IMG/VR virus record: IMGVR_UViG_3300037493_005394
Strand: one strand, 5' to 3'
DNA: 64,000 bases
DNA from: an uncultured virus (IMG/VR IMGVR_UViG_3300037493_005394)
Lineage: Duplodnaviria; Heunggongvirae; Uroviricota; Caudoviricetes
In this document: piece by piece, positions 10,291 to 20,100 of the stretch
Numbering within the stretch: the first letter of the stretch is position 1
How the letters are laid out: every line of letters starts with the position of its first letter
Program-made: the position numbers and the translations under genes
Notes under the pieces: generated by a model
The model's database searches: none
Told to the model about the DNA's origin: nothing
What the model saw: the letters and a program-made list of their open reading frames with translations, nothing else

Positions 10291-13200
10291 ATGGGCGTCA
10301 TTGCAACGGGTGGCACTGTTTCATATTCAGGCCCCTATAAGATACACACCTTCACCACGGTCGGCAGTGCGGTCCCCTTAGAAGTCACGAGGGGAGGCCG
10401 CGTTGAATATCTCGTGGTAGCTGGCGGGGGTGGCGGTGGTAGTTCGCATGGGGGTGGTGGCGGGGGTGGCGGTGGGCTTAGAGTTGGATCGCTAACGGTT
10501 ACGACGGGCACCAAGACCGTGACGGTGGGAGATGGGGGCGCTGGTGGCGTTCACGCTGCTATAGGGAGCGCTGGCAGCAATAGCGTTTTTGATTCCATTA
10601 CTGCTAATGGCGGGGGCGGTGGCGGTTGTGGCGGGCATGGCACTGGATTGCAAGTACCCACGGCTGGAGGATCTGGGGGTGGGGCCGGTGGGGAGAACGG
10701 GGGGTCGTCTGTTGCGGGCGGGGATGCCGATTATCTATCGCCACGACAGGGGTATGATGGGGGCGGCAGTTCAGGATCTGCCTCATGTTATTATGGCGGT
10801 GGCGGCGGCGGGGCGGGTGCTGTAGGTGGGACGGGAACGGGGTCTGTGCCGGGTGTAGGAGGGGCTGGAGCCGCATCGTCTATCTCTGGTACGGAAGTCT
10901 ATTATGCCGGGGGCGGTGGGGCGGGGTCAACGTGGGATGGATCCGGGGAGTCGGCGGCGGGGGGGGCCGGGGGCGGCGGTGCTGGTGGGACCTTAGCGGG
11001 ACACAACGGAACGAGTGGGACAGATGGTCTCGGTGGTGGCGGCGGCGGCGGCGGCAAGGGGACGGATGTCGATGGCAACACCAACGGTGGCGATGGGGGA
11101 TCCGGTATTGTCATCGTGCGGTATCTCTATACCACAGATGTCAAAGCGACTGGTGGAGCCGTCTCATACGTTGATGGGGACAAGATCCATACGTTCACTG
11201 CAGGTGGCACGTTTACGGTCACGTCTGGAGGCAATGTTGAGTGTCTTGTTGTGGCTGGCGGCGGCGGTGGCGGCAAGCAAGGTGTTGGTGGTGGTTCTGG
11301 TGGTGGTGGGGCAGGGGGACTTCTTTATGATTTTGATTTGGTTGTCACAGAACAATCGTACTCTGTGACGGTTGGAAATGGGGGGACCGGGGCGACCTCA
11401 AACAATACACAGGGAGGGGCTGGCGGTAATTCGGTCTTTAGTTCTCTGACGGCGATAGGGGGTGGTGGGGGTGGCGGCGGTCCCTATCAGTCAGGTCCAG
11501 GAGGGAATGGTGGATCGGGTGGCGGGGCATGCCAGGGTAGCTCTAGTACCTATAGAGGGCTTGGGACGGCTGGTCAGGGCAATGATGGTGGTTACAGCAC
11601 GACCAATCACAACTCTGCGGCTGGTGGTGGTGGCGCCTCTGCGGTTGGTAGCAATACAACACAAGATTCTGGTGGAAATGGTGGTGCTGGCACAGCCTAT
11701 TCAATTTCTGGGACATCCATAGTTTATGCTGGTGGCGGCGGCGGTGGCGGGTATAACAATGCTGGTGGCACGGGGGGCTGTGGTGGCACGGGGGGGCATG
11801 GGTCTACGTATGCTTCTGACAATGGCACGGCGGGCACGACAAATCGAGGTGAAGGGGGCGGTGGTGTTGCTAACACATACAATGGCAAAGATGGTGGCTT
11901 AGGCATCGTCATCGTCAGGTATATTGCAAGTCTTGCGGTCACGACCAATGCGCCCACCTCAATCCAGGGGACGACCGCGACCTTCAATGGGATCATCGAG
12001 GCATTGACGAGTGGGACCACGGCGGATGTGCGGGGCTTCTGCTATAAGGTCTCGTCGGAAGGGGACCCCACGTTATCGGACAGCCATGTCGAGGACTCGG
12101 CGGGCGGGTATGGCACGGGGGCGTACACCAAGGGCGTGACCGGCTTATCGTTGGGGACGACGTACAAGGTCCGCGCATATGTGACAGATGCGAGTGAGAC
12201 CGTGTATGGGGACACGGTGACGTTTGGTACTTTGGGGACGGTGGAGACCGATCCGTGCGGGGCGGTGAATTGGAGTGGCGTGTTGGCGCGGGTGGACCTC
12301 GTGAACGCGGGGGCGTCGAGCGTGTTTGAGTGTGGGCTCTGCTACAAGGTGGGGACATCGGGCGATCCCACCTTGGCTGACAATGTGGTCCTGGTAGGGG
12401 GCGATCCGCCGGGGGGAACGATCACTTATGTCGATTCCTCTGGCCTAAACCCTAGATCCTCCCCGCCGTATGCGGGTGGCTATACCATCCATAAGTTCCT
12501 GTTGGCAGATAGTGGAACGATGTTCGCGCCAGCGGTGGCGGGTAACGTCGAGGTGCTGGTAGTCGCAGGCGGCGGCAGCGGGCAGAACCGCCATGGCGGC
12601 GGCGGCGGCGCGGGCGGGGTGGTCTATAACGCCACGTTGGCCGTCAATGCGCAGCCCTATGTGGTCACCGTGGGGGCTGGCGGGTTGGGCAGTAGTGTTA
12701 ATGGTACGCATGGGCTCACGGGCGGGGATTCCTCGTTGGGCAGTGCCGTTGTGGCCAAGGGGGGTGGCGGTGGTGGCGGTGGCGGCGATGGCTATAGCGG
12801 CGGATCGGGCGGCGGCGGTGGCTATGGGTCGACTGGAGCAGGCTCGGCCATTGCGGGCACGGGTGGGACCTCCCATGGCTATGGCGGCGGGACAGGATAT
12901 GCCTCCTCGCCCTATAACGGCGGCGGGGGCGGCGGCGCGGGGGCTGTCGGTGGTAATTCGGGCGGGGTCGCGGGCAATGGCGGCAACGGCATCTCGACCT
13001 ATTCCGCCCTGTTGATTGCGGCCGATGCGGGCGTCGACATCAGTGGGACGCATTGGATCGCGGGCGGCGGTGGCGGTGGCATGTATTACATAGGCGGAGG
13101 GGTGGGGGCTGGAGGTAACGGCGGTGGTGGGGCTGGATCGTATAATGATCAGACGGCGGTCTCAGGTACGGCGGGATCGGGGGGCGGCGGTGGTGGATCC

Positions 13201-13941
13201 GGAGGGGGAGGAGCCGGTATTGGCGGCGTCTCGGGCGCTGGCGGGTCCGGAGTAGTGATCATCAAGCATCTATCCGGGACGGTCGCGACAGGGGAGTACA
13301 GTGTCCCCATCACGGGGTTGACCAAGAATACCTCGTATCGCCTTCGCGCGTATGCCAAGAACAGCGATGGCACCTTCTACGGCGCGACGATCACGCAGGC
13401 GACGCCGGTGCGCACGGCGAAGGGGGTCTCGCGGATCGTCGAACTTGACCTCATGGAGTACATGACGGACGTCCTGGCGCAGGCGGCCTACGTGTCGAAC
13501 TCGACGGCCAACCTCCAGGTCTATGCCGAGGCGACGATCAAGACGGAGGGGGGCTATGCGCTCAAGGCGGTGGCGGCCATCACGGGGGCGCTCAACAAGA
13601 CGCTCACGCGGACGCTGACGGGCACCGAGTATGCGATTAGTATCCCCCACTGCGACACGGTGTCGTTCGACATCCGGGCCGCACGGACGGGGAGCCACAT
13701 CAAGATCGGCCTGCATGACGCGGGGGGCACCACGACGGAGATCACGCCCAATATCGCGGTGGCGGACACCTGGCAGACGGTGACGTGGGATCTGTCGGCC
13801 GTGGCGAATACCAACAAGGATGCCATCGACAGCATCATCATCACGGTGGTGAACGCCGATGCGGCCAACACCTTCTACCTCGATAACTTCAAGGTCGTTG
13901 GTAGCAGTGCGGCGGAGAACGTCTTCGGCTGGGTGCTGTAG
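10291..13941 (+). CDS. glycine-rich adhesin-like virion protein (3 Gly-rich modules, FN3-like segments, C-terminal carbohydrate-binding-like domain)
   Basis: Three modules running IH(T/K)F..VExLVVAGGG..G(I/V)VI(V/I); FN3-like GLxxxTxYxxRAY segments. Confidence 0.7.
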   Translation: MGVIATGGTVSYSGPYKIHTFTTVGSAVPLEVTRGGRVEYLVVAGGGGGGSSHGGGGGGGGGLRVGSLTVTTGTKTVTVGDGGAGGVHAAIGSAGSNSVFDSITANGGGGGGCGGHGTGLQVPTAGGSGGGAGGENGGSSVAGGDADYLSPRQGYDGGGSSGSASCYYGGGGGGAGAVGGTGTGSVPGVGGAGAASSISGTEVYYAGGGGAGSTWDGSGESAAGGAGGGGAGGTLAGHNGTSGTDGLGGGGGGGGKGTDVDGNTNGGDGGSGIVIVRYLYTTDVKATGGAVSYVDGDKIHTFTAGGTFTVTSGGNVECLVVAGGGGGGKQGVGGGSGGGGAGGLLYDFDLVVTEQSYSVTVGNGGTGATSNNTQGGAGGNSVFSSLTAIGGGGGGGGPYQSGPGGNGGSGGGACQGSSSTYRGLGTAGQGNDGGYSTTNHNSAAGGGGASAVGSNTTQDSGGNGGAGTAYSISGTSIVYAGGGGGGGYNNAGGTGGCGGTGGHGSTYASDNGTAGTTNRGEGGGGVANTYNGKDGGLGIVIVRYIASLAVTTNAPTSIQGTTATFNGIIEALTSGTTADVRGFCYKVSSEGDPTLSDSHVEDSAGGYGTGAYTKGVTGLSLGTTYKVRAYVTDASETVYGDTVTFGTLGTVETDPCGAVNWSGVLARVDLVNAGASSVFECGLCYKVGTSGDPTLADNVVLVGGDPPGGTITYVDSSGLNPRSSPPYAGGYTIHKFLLADSGTMFAPAVAGNVEVLVVAGGGSGQNRHGGGGGAGGVVYNATLAVNAQPYVVTVGAGGLGSSVNGTHGLTGGDSSLGSAVVAKGGGGGGGGGDGYSGGSGGGGGYGSTGAGSAIAGTGGTSHGYGGGTGYASSPYNGGGGGGAGAVGGNSGGVAGNGGNGISTYSALLIAADAGVDISGTHWIAGGGGGGMYYIGGGVGAGGNGGGGAGSYNDQTAVSGTAGSGGGGGGSGGGGAGIGGVSGAGGSGVVIIKHLSGTVATGEYSVPITGLTKNTSYRLRAYAKNSDGTFYGATITQATPVRTAKGVSRIVELDLMEYMTDVLAQAAYVSNSTANLQVYAEATIKTEGGYALKAVAAITGALNKTLTRTLTGTEYAISIPHCDTVSFDIRAARTGSHIKIGLHDAGGTTTEITPNIAVADTWQTVTWDLSAVANTNKDAIDSIIITVVNADAANTFYLDNFKVVGSSAAENVFGWVL

Positions 13942-14025
13942 GGGCATGGCTGGGATGGCCCAAGAGAGCAGGATAGGGATGCGGATCGCAACCGACACGG
14001 GTCGCCACACCTCGGAGGTGTTCTT

Positions 14026-17000
14026 GTGAAGATGCACACGCCCACGATCGTGGGCTCGACGATGTACGGCAGCGATACCGAGATCCAGCGGGATGCGGCG
14101 GGGGTCGTCGCCTTGGGGGACACGACGGCGGCGGCGGTCAAGGCGTCGACGTGGGTCGAGTTGACGGAGATCACGAAACCGGCCGATCCCGTCGCCACGA
14201 AGTTGCGCCTGTACGTGAAGGCCGTGAGCAGCGCGACGGAGATCTTCACGCTGGATAGCGCGGGGGTGGAGAGCAACCTCACGGCCCGCCTCGTGACCAA
14301 CGGGGACACGCACGACCACATCGGGGGGGACGGATCGGCCATCGCCGAGGGGGCGCTGACGCTCAGCAACGTGACGACGGCAGATGTGACGACGGGCATG
14401 CACGGGTTCGTGCCCCGCGCGCCGAACGACGTGACCAAGTTCTTCCGGGGCGACGCCACGTGGGACTACACGCCCGCGACGGTGTGGGCGGCGCTCAATG
14501 GGGAGCCCACGGGGTTCCCGAACCGCACGGATTCGACGGTGAGTTTCAACACGACGTCGCGCGAGTTCTCGATCGCCCCGGCCGTGACGAGTTTCGACTT
14601 CTACTCGAAGGGCACCAAGTTCACGAAGAGCGTGGCCCAGACGGTGACGCTCGACGACACCACGGGGCTGTGGTCCATCTACTTCGACGCCAGCGGGGTG
14701 CTCCAGAAGACCTCGGGGACGTGGAACCTCGATGGGGGGATCGTGCCCGTCCAGACGGTGTACTGGAACAGCGCGTTGACGGATGGGCGGCTGGGGGAGG
14801 AGCGTCACGGGCTCGTGATGGACTGGGCGACGCACGGCTACTTCCACGAGTGCCTGGGGTCGCGGTACGTGAACGGGTTCGGGGGCACCTTCGGCAACAC
14901 GACCTTCACGATCACCGAGGGCGTGTACCGCGACGAGGACATCCGGGCCGTCATCGGGGAGCAGACGCAGTGCCGCATCCTCCGGCGGTCGAGTGGAAAC
15001 TGGGTCTGGACGGCCAAGGGGACGGACTACTACACCATCCAGAATACGAACCTCTGTTACGACAACGCGGGGACGCTGACCGAGATGGGGTCGAACGCGT
15101 ATGTGGCCTATTGGTTCTTCGTAGGGAACGATCCGACGTGCCCGATCTACGTGATCATGGGGCAGCGGACGGACATCACGCTGGCCGACGCGCGGACGAA
15201 CAACACCTACGACCAGCTCTCGCTAACGAACCTGCCCTTCGCGGAGATGAAGGTGCTCTTCCGCGTGATCCTGCGGAACGACGCGACGCCGTATGAGGAG
15301 GCGCAGGACCTACGCAGCCTGGCGGTCGTCTCGTCGGGGACCTACGTGGCGACGGATCACCAGAGCCTCACGAACCGGCAGTTGCTCGGGGCGCACCCCG
15401 CGAGTGCGATCACCGTGGTCACGTCGGGGTTCACGGGCAAGCTCAGCGTGACGGATGTGGACGTGCAGACGGCCTTGGGGACGTTGGACGCGCACACGCA
15501 TGCGCCGCCCGCTGGGGACACGCAGATCATCTACAACGACACGGGGGCCTGGGCGGTCGCGACGATCTACCAACTCAAGGCGTCTGGCTACACGGGCATC
15601 GGCCAGGCCGCGCCGGGCGAACGCCTGCACCTCAAGGATGGCTCCGGGAACGGGGCGATCGTGATCGGGGCGCATCAGAACGCGACGGCCCTCGCGGGGA
15701 CCGTGGAGTGGGACGGCACGAACGTGCGGTGGTACACGGGGTCGGTTTGGAAGAACGTCGGCGTCGACGTGACGGACCCCATGACCTACAAGGGGGCGCT
15801 CAACTGCTCGGCCAATCCTAACTATCCAGCGGCGGACGCGGGGGACACCTACCGCGTCAGTGTGGCGGGCAAGATCGGCGGGGCAAGTGGGCCGAACGTC
15901 GAGGCGGGCGACATGATGGTCTGCACGACGGACAGCACGCCCACGGGGGACCACGCGACGGTCGGGGCCTACTGGGACATCATCCAGATGAACCTGGATG
16001 GGGCCGTGGTGGGGCCGGGGAGCAGCACGGACCACGCCCTCGTGCGGTGGAATAGCACGACGGGGACCAGCGCGTTGGATTCGACGGTGATCGTGGGGGA
16101 CGACGGGGCGGTCAGCCTGCGGGGCACGGCGCAGCAGCTCACGAGCTACAACAACACGATCCTGAGCCTCGCGGGGGCGGGCACGGGCTACGCGCGCATC
16201 GGGCTCAGCGGGACGACCTCGCACAGCTTCAATGCGGATGCGGACCTGCTCGTGGCGGGCAAGCTGGAGGTGGACGGCGCGGCGTACCTGGACGGGAACC
16301 TCGATGTGGCGGGCACCACGACGCTCGCGACGGCCCTGGGCGGGCTCCTCAAGGCGACGGCGGGGGTGGTGAGCGCGGCGACAGCGGGGACCGACTACCA
16401 GGCCGCCACGACGTTCCAGTACTCGCTCACGGGGACCACGACGGTCAACCTCGTCAACGATAGTGCGACGCCGGGCAACACGAAGCTCTATGGGACGAAC
16501 GCCTCGGGCACCAAGGGGTGGTACGACCAGCCCGCGAGCAGCAGTGGGGGGGGCGCGAGTTCCTGGACGGCGGTGACGCCGTTCACGCGGACGGCGGACA
16601 GCACGTTCACGGTGACGGACAACGCGACGAACCAGGGGATCTTCGTGGCGGGACGGCCCCTGCGGTATCGCGCGACGGCGAGCACGTGGCGCTACGGGAT
16701 CGTGACGGGGTACAGCACGGGCACGGTGACGATCGCCGGGGCGCCGATGACGGCGAATGATGATGATGAGTTGAACTATGGGTCATATTCCAATGTCGTT
16801 CTGCGCGAGTTCCGTCTGGATGGCTACTTCGCGCCCGTCGCCAGTACCCAACTGCTCGCCGACATCATGGGGCAGTGGGCGCGCTGGGAGCATGGCACGG
16901 CGTATCTCGTGCGCGTGGTGCACCGTGTTGAGAGTATCGACACGGGGGCCTCGCAGCCTCGGCTTAACGCGGTGGTGAACGGCAACAAGGTGGGCACCGC

Positions 17001-17178
17001 CAACAGTAACAATGGGTGGGACATGAGCGGTAGCGCGTGGGTCTCCTCGGCCGTGGACATCAGTACGGTGAACTACGTGGTGTCGAACGCGCAAACCCTG
17101 GAGTTATCCACGGACGCCAACGGGACCAACGACGATGCGATGACGGCAAGCGTGCAACTCGCGTTCGTGCTGGAATAG
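14026..17178 (+). CDS. long tail fibre protein
   Basis: HTH, TQIIYND, TGIGQAAP, DHALVRWN and ATAGTDY fibre motifs; LSxxDxxVQxALxTLD shared with 4639..7428. Confidence 0.65.
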   Translation: MKMHTPTIVGSTMYGSDTEIQRDAAGVVALGDTTAAAVKASTWVELTEITKPADPVATKLRLYVKAVSSATEIFTLDSAGVESNLTARLVTNGDTHDHIGGDGSAIAEGALTLSNVTTADVTTGMHGFVPRAPNDVTKFFRGDATWDYTPATVWAALNGEPTGFPNRTDSTVSFNTTSREFSIAPAVTSFDFYSKGTKFTKSVAQTVTLDDTTGLWSIYFDASGVLQKTSGTWNLDGGIVPVQTVYWNSALTDGRLGEERHGLVMDWATHGYFHECLGSRYVNGFGGTFGNTTFTITEGVYRDEDIRAVIGEQTQCRILRRSSGNWVWTAKGTDYYTIQNTNLCYDNAGTLTEMGSNAYVAYWFFVGNDPTCPIYVIMGQRTDITLADARTNNTYDQLSLTNLPFAEMKVLFRVILRNDATPYEEAQDLRSLAVVSSGTYVATDHQSLTNRQLLGAHPASAITVVTSGFTGKLSVTDVDVQTALGTLDAHTHAPPAGDTQIIYNDTGAWAVATIYQLKASGYTGIGQAAPGERLHLKDGSGNGAIVIGAHQNATALAGTVEWDGTNVRWYTGSVWKNVGVDVTDPMTYKGALNCSANPNYPAADAGDTYRVSVAGKIGGASGPNVEAGDMMVCTTDSTPTGDHATVGAYWDIIQMNLDGAVVGPGSSTDHALVRWNSTTGTSALDSTVIVGDDGAVSLRGTAQQLTSYNNTILSLAGAGTGYARIGLSGTTSHSFNADADLLVAGKLEVDGAAYLDGNLDVAGTTTLATALGGLLKATAGVVSAATAGTDYQAATTFQYSLTGTTTVNLVNDSATPGNTKLYGTNASGTKGWYDQPASSSGGGASSWTAVTPFTRTADSTFTVTDNATNQGIFVAGRPLRYRATASTWRYGIVTGYSTGTVTIAGAPMTANDDDELNYGSYSNVVLREFRLDGYFAPVASTQLLADIMGQWARWEHGTAYLVRVVHRVESIDTGASQPRLNAVVNGNKVGTANSNNGWDMSGSAWVSSAVDISTVNYVVSNAQTLELSTDANGTNDDAMTASVQLAFVLE

Positions 17179-17189
17179 AGGAGGGATCA

Positions 17190-20100
17190 ATGCCCGGTGG
17201 TGCAAAGCGGTGGAATCGCGAGGTGCCCAATGGCCTTCCGGCGGTCGCGTCCCTCAACTTCACGCGGGGTAACCGTCGAGGCAGTAATGCGTACTACAGT
17301 TTCACGGCGACCAACATCAAGCAGGATGTGGAAACGGATATAGGTTTCGAGGGTATGGTACCGCCCGATGGAGGTGGGGTTCTGCTCAACGGGACTTCCT
17401 CGAAGGTGGACGAGGCTTCGGGCAACAGCTACCAGATGGTCTTCGGGACGAACGACTACACGATCGATGCGTGGATCAATCCAGTGGTCACGACGGGGTA
17501 CCAGCGTTTTTTCTCGTTGGGGACCGCTTTTTATTTATCTACGGGCTCCTACGACAAGGCTTTCAATCTCACAGTTGGCACGCTGATCGCGACGCTCAGT
17601 ACGACAAACTACCCGATGAAGACCAACCGCTGGCACCACGTGGCGGTGACGCGCAGCGGGGATGTGCACCGCCTTTTCCTGAATGGGGTGCAGGTGGCGA
17701 CGCAGACCGTTTCTGGGTCATCGGGTTCCCCCACAGGCGTGGCCATCGGACACGACTCCACGAACTACTACCAGGGGCAGGTAGGTGGGGTGCGGGTCAT
17801 CAACGGGAAAGCCCTGTGGACGGCCAACTTTAATCCGCCACGGCGCAAGGTGAAGCCACCGATCCCAGCGGGGTGCGCGGTCTATTACAATTGGGATCTC
17901 AACGATGCGGGGGCGGCGTTCTACTACATGGCGCCCACCAACAGCATGACTACGTCGGGGACATCAGAGCCAACGTGTCGGTATTGGCAGTTCACGGGTA
18001 GTGACTACACGGGGGTAGCCGATCCCATCCTGCACTTAACATCCGGGGGGTATATCACGACCAATGCGGAGACGGCCCACAACCTGGGCAGTGGGGATTT
18101 CACCATCGACTTCTGGCAGTATTCCGTCTCAACGCTGACCATCAGCAAGTGGGGAGCAGCAGGATCGCGATGCTGGAACCTCACGTTGGCGCCTAACAGC
18201 CAAGCTTCAGCTTGTATGTTCTACTACACGACTGACGGTACGAATTCCCAGAACATGCAACGGGCGGGCGTGGACGTGTCCCCAGCGCGGTGGGTGCACA
18301 TGGCTATCGTCCGTACAGGGAACGTCTTGCGCATGTTCCAGGATGGGGTTCAACTGGGGGCAGATCATGCCTTTAGTAGCACCATCTGGGGGGTGTCACA
18401 GGCGGTCCAGATAGGGGATGGGGCTAGTGCCTCGTACGTCTCGCACCTGCGCACGACGGTGGGGCAGGCGTTGTGGACGGGCACCTCCTTCACGCCGCCC
18501 ACGCGGACGGAGTATCCTGTCACCTCGTACACGAAGATGTTGATGAAGTTCGATCAGGATTTCGGGATCGGCGCTAATCTGACGTTCCCGCATGACAATG
18601 TGTCGAAATCGCTCACGGTCACGGGGGGGACGGCGGTCAAGAATCGGCACAATGGCCCCTTCACCTCTTATACCTTGCGGGGGGCCACGGTTTTTACCAT
18701 CGAGGCGTGGATCCGGTGCACGGGCGTCAGTACCTATGCCACGATCGCGGCCGTATGGGATGACACACAGGGGAACTCGTGGTGGTGGTACCTGGACAGT
18801 TCCTACTACATGGTGTTCAAGGCGGCGGGTAGTACCTTCACAAGTACGCGCCAGTTGAGTTCAAGTCGGTGGTATCACGTCGCGGTGATCCGGGATGGGA
18901 GCAACTGGGCCATTACGATCGATGGGATTCCAGAGACCTTCACGGGTAGTCCCACGATCCCGCACTCGCACTCCCCGTTGGTGATTGGATGGATGGCTGC
19001 CTTGACCTATCCCTTCATTGGGTACATCGCCAAGATGCGTATCACGCTGGGCACCGTCCGTGCTTCAACGACCTTTGGCGTGCCCACCCGTGTGCTGCAC
19101 AAGAACGCCAATGTGATCTATTCGGATGATGGGGCGCAGTTTTCGGCCATTGCCAACCCAGGGCCGTCACTGCTCGGCTTTTACGCGGCCTCGGATTCGG
19201 CCTTTGCGGACGTGGGCATGGGCAACTTTACGATCGACGCCTGGATTAAGCATGAGCGGTCGAGCACAGGGACGCGGGGCACGTTCATTTGTCGGCGAAA
19301 TTTAGATTATACCTTTTACGTGGACATGTCGGGGCGTCTGACCTTTGCGACGGGCGGCACGACGACGCCTCGGCTCATTTCGGAGACAAACGCCGTCCCC
19401 TCGCATCGGTGGTGCCATGTAGCCGTCGTGCGCACGGGCACGGGGGCGGGACAGACGAAACTGTATATTGACGGGATCGAACCTGCTTATACGTCCACGG
19501 AGGCGATCAATGTCAATTACAACAACGGGGGGGCAGCTTATGAGGTTGGAGGGCCACGGGCGGCCATAGGATCCTTCACGGGATTCTATGGGAAGGTCCT
19601 CAACTTCAGGTTTAGCAATGCCGCCGTGTGGACGACGACCTTTACGCCGCCCAAGTTCCTGCGGGATTATGTCTTGGTGGGTAGTACCAAAGCCTTCCTC
19701 CCAGGAATCAAGGTGTCTTTGTATGCGGCTAATCTGGCCCCCGTTTCCCCAGGGTATTACCCCTACGTGTGGAACGTCGATGGTGGCATTGGCACGATAG
19801 AGATGGGGTTTACCAACGAGGGAGCCCCTCTGTTGTATAGTGGAAATGCACAGGCGTTCTACAACCGTGCACCAGCCCTTCGTAGTCCCACCGGCGACAC
19901 CACGCGGTATCAGCGGTTGTACCGTGCGGTGCGGGGGGCGTGGACGGCGTTGACGACTGGTCTCACGGGCCAGGGCATGTGGATCAGCCAGTATGCGTGG
20001 GGTTTAAACGCAGGTTCTATCAAGACGATCAGCGTGATGGAGCCTTCTGCCGCATCTATCCCCTCGATCGATCCCACCCCCTTCTATTTCGATATGGGGG

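Noticed and set aside
10291..13941. Collagen-like or PE-PGRS protein
   Set aside because: Gly runs are not strict Gly-X-Y and there is no PE domain; the modules fit phage glycine-rich adhesins.
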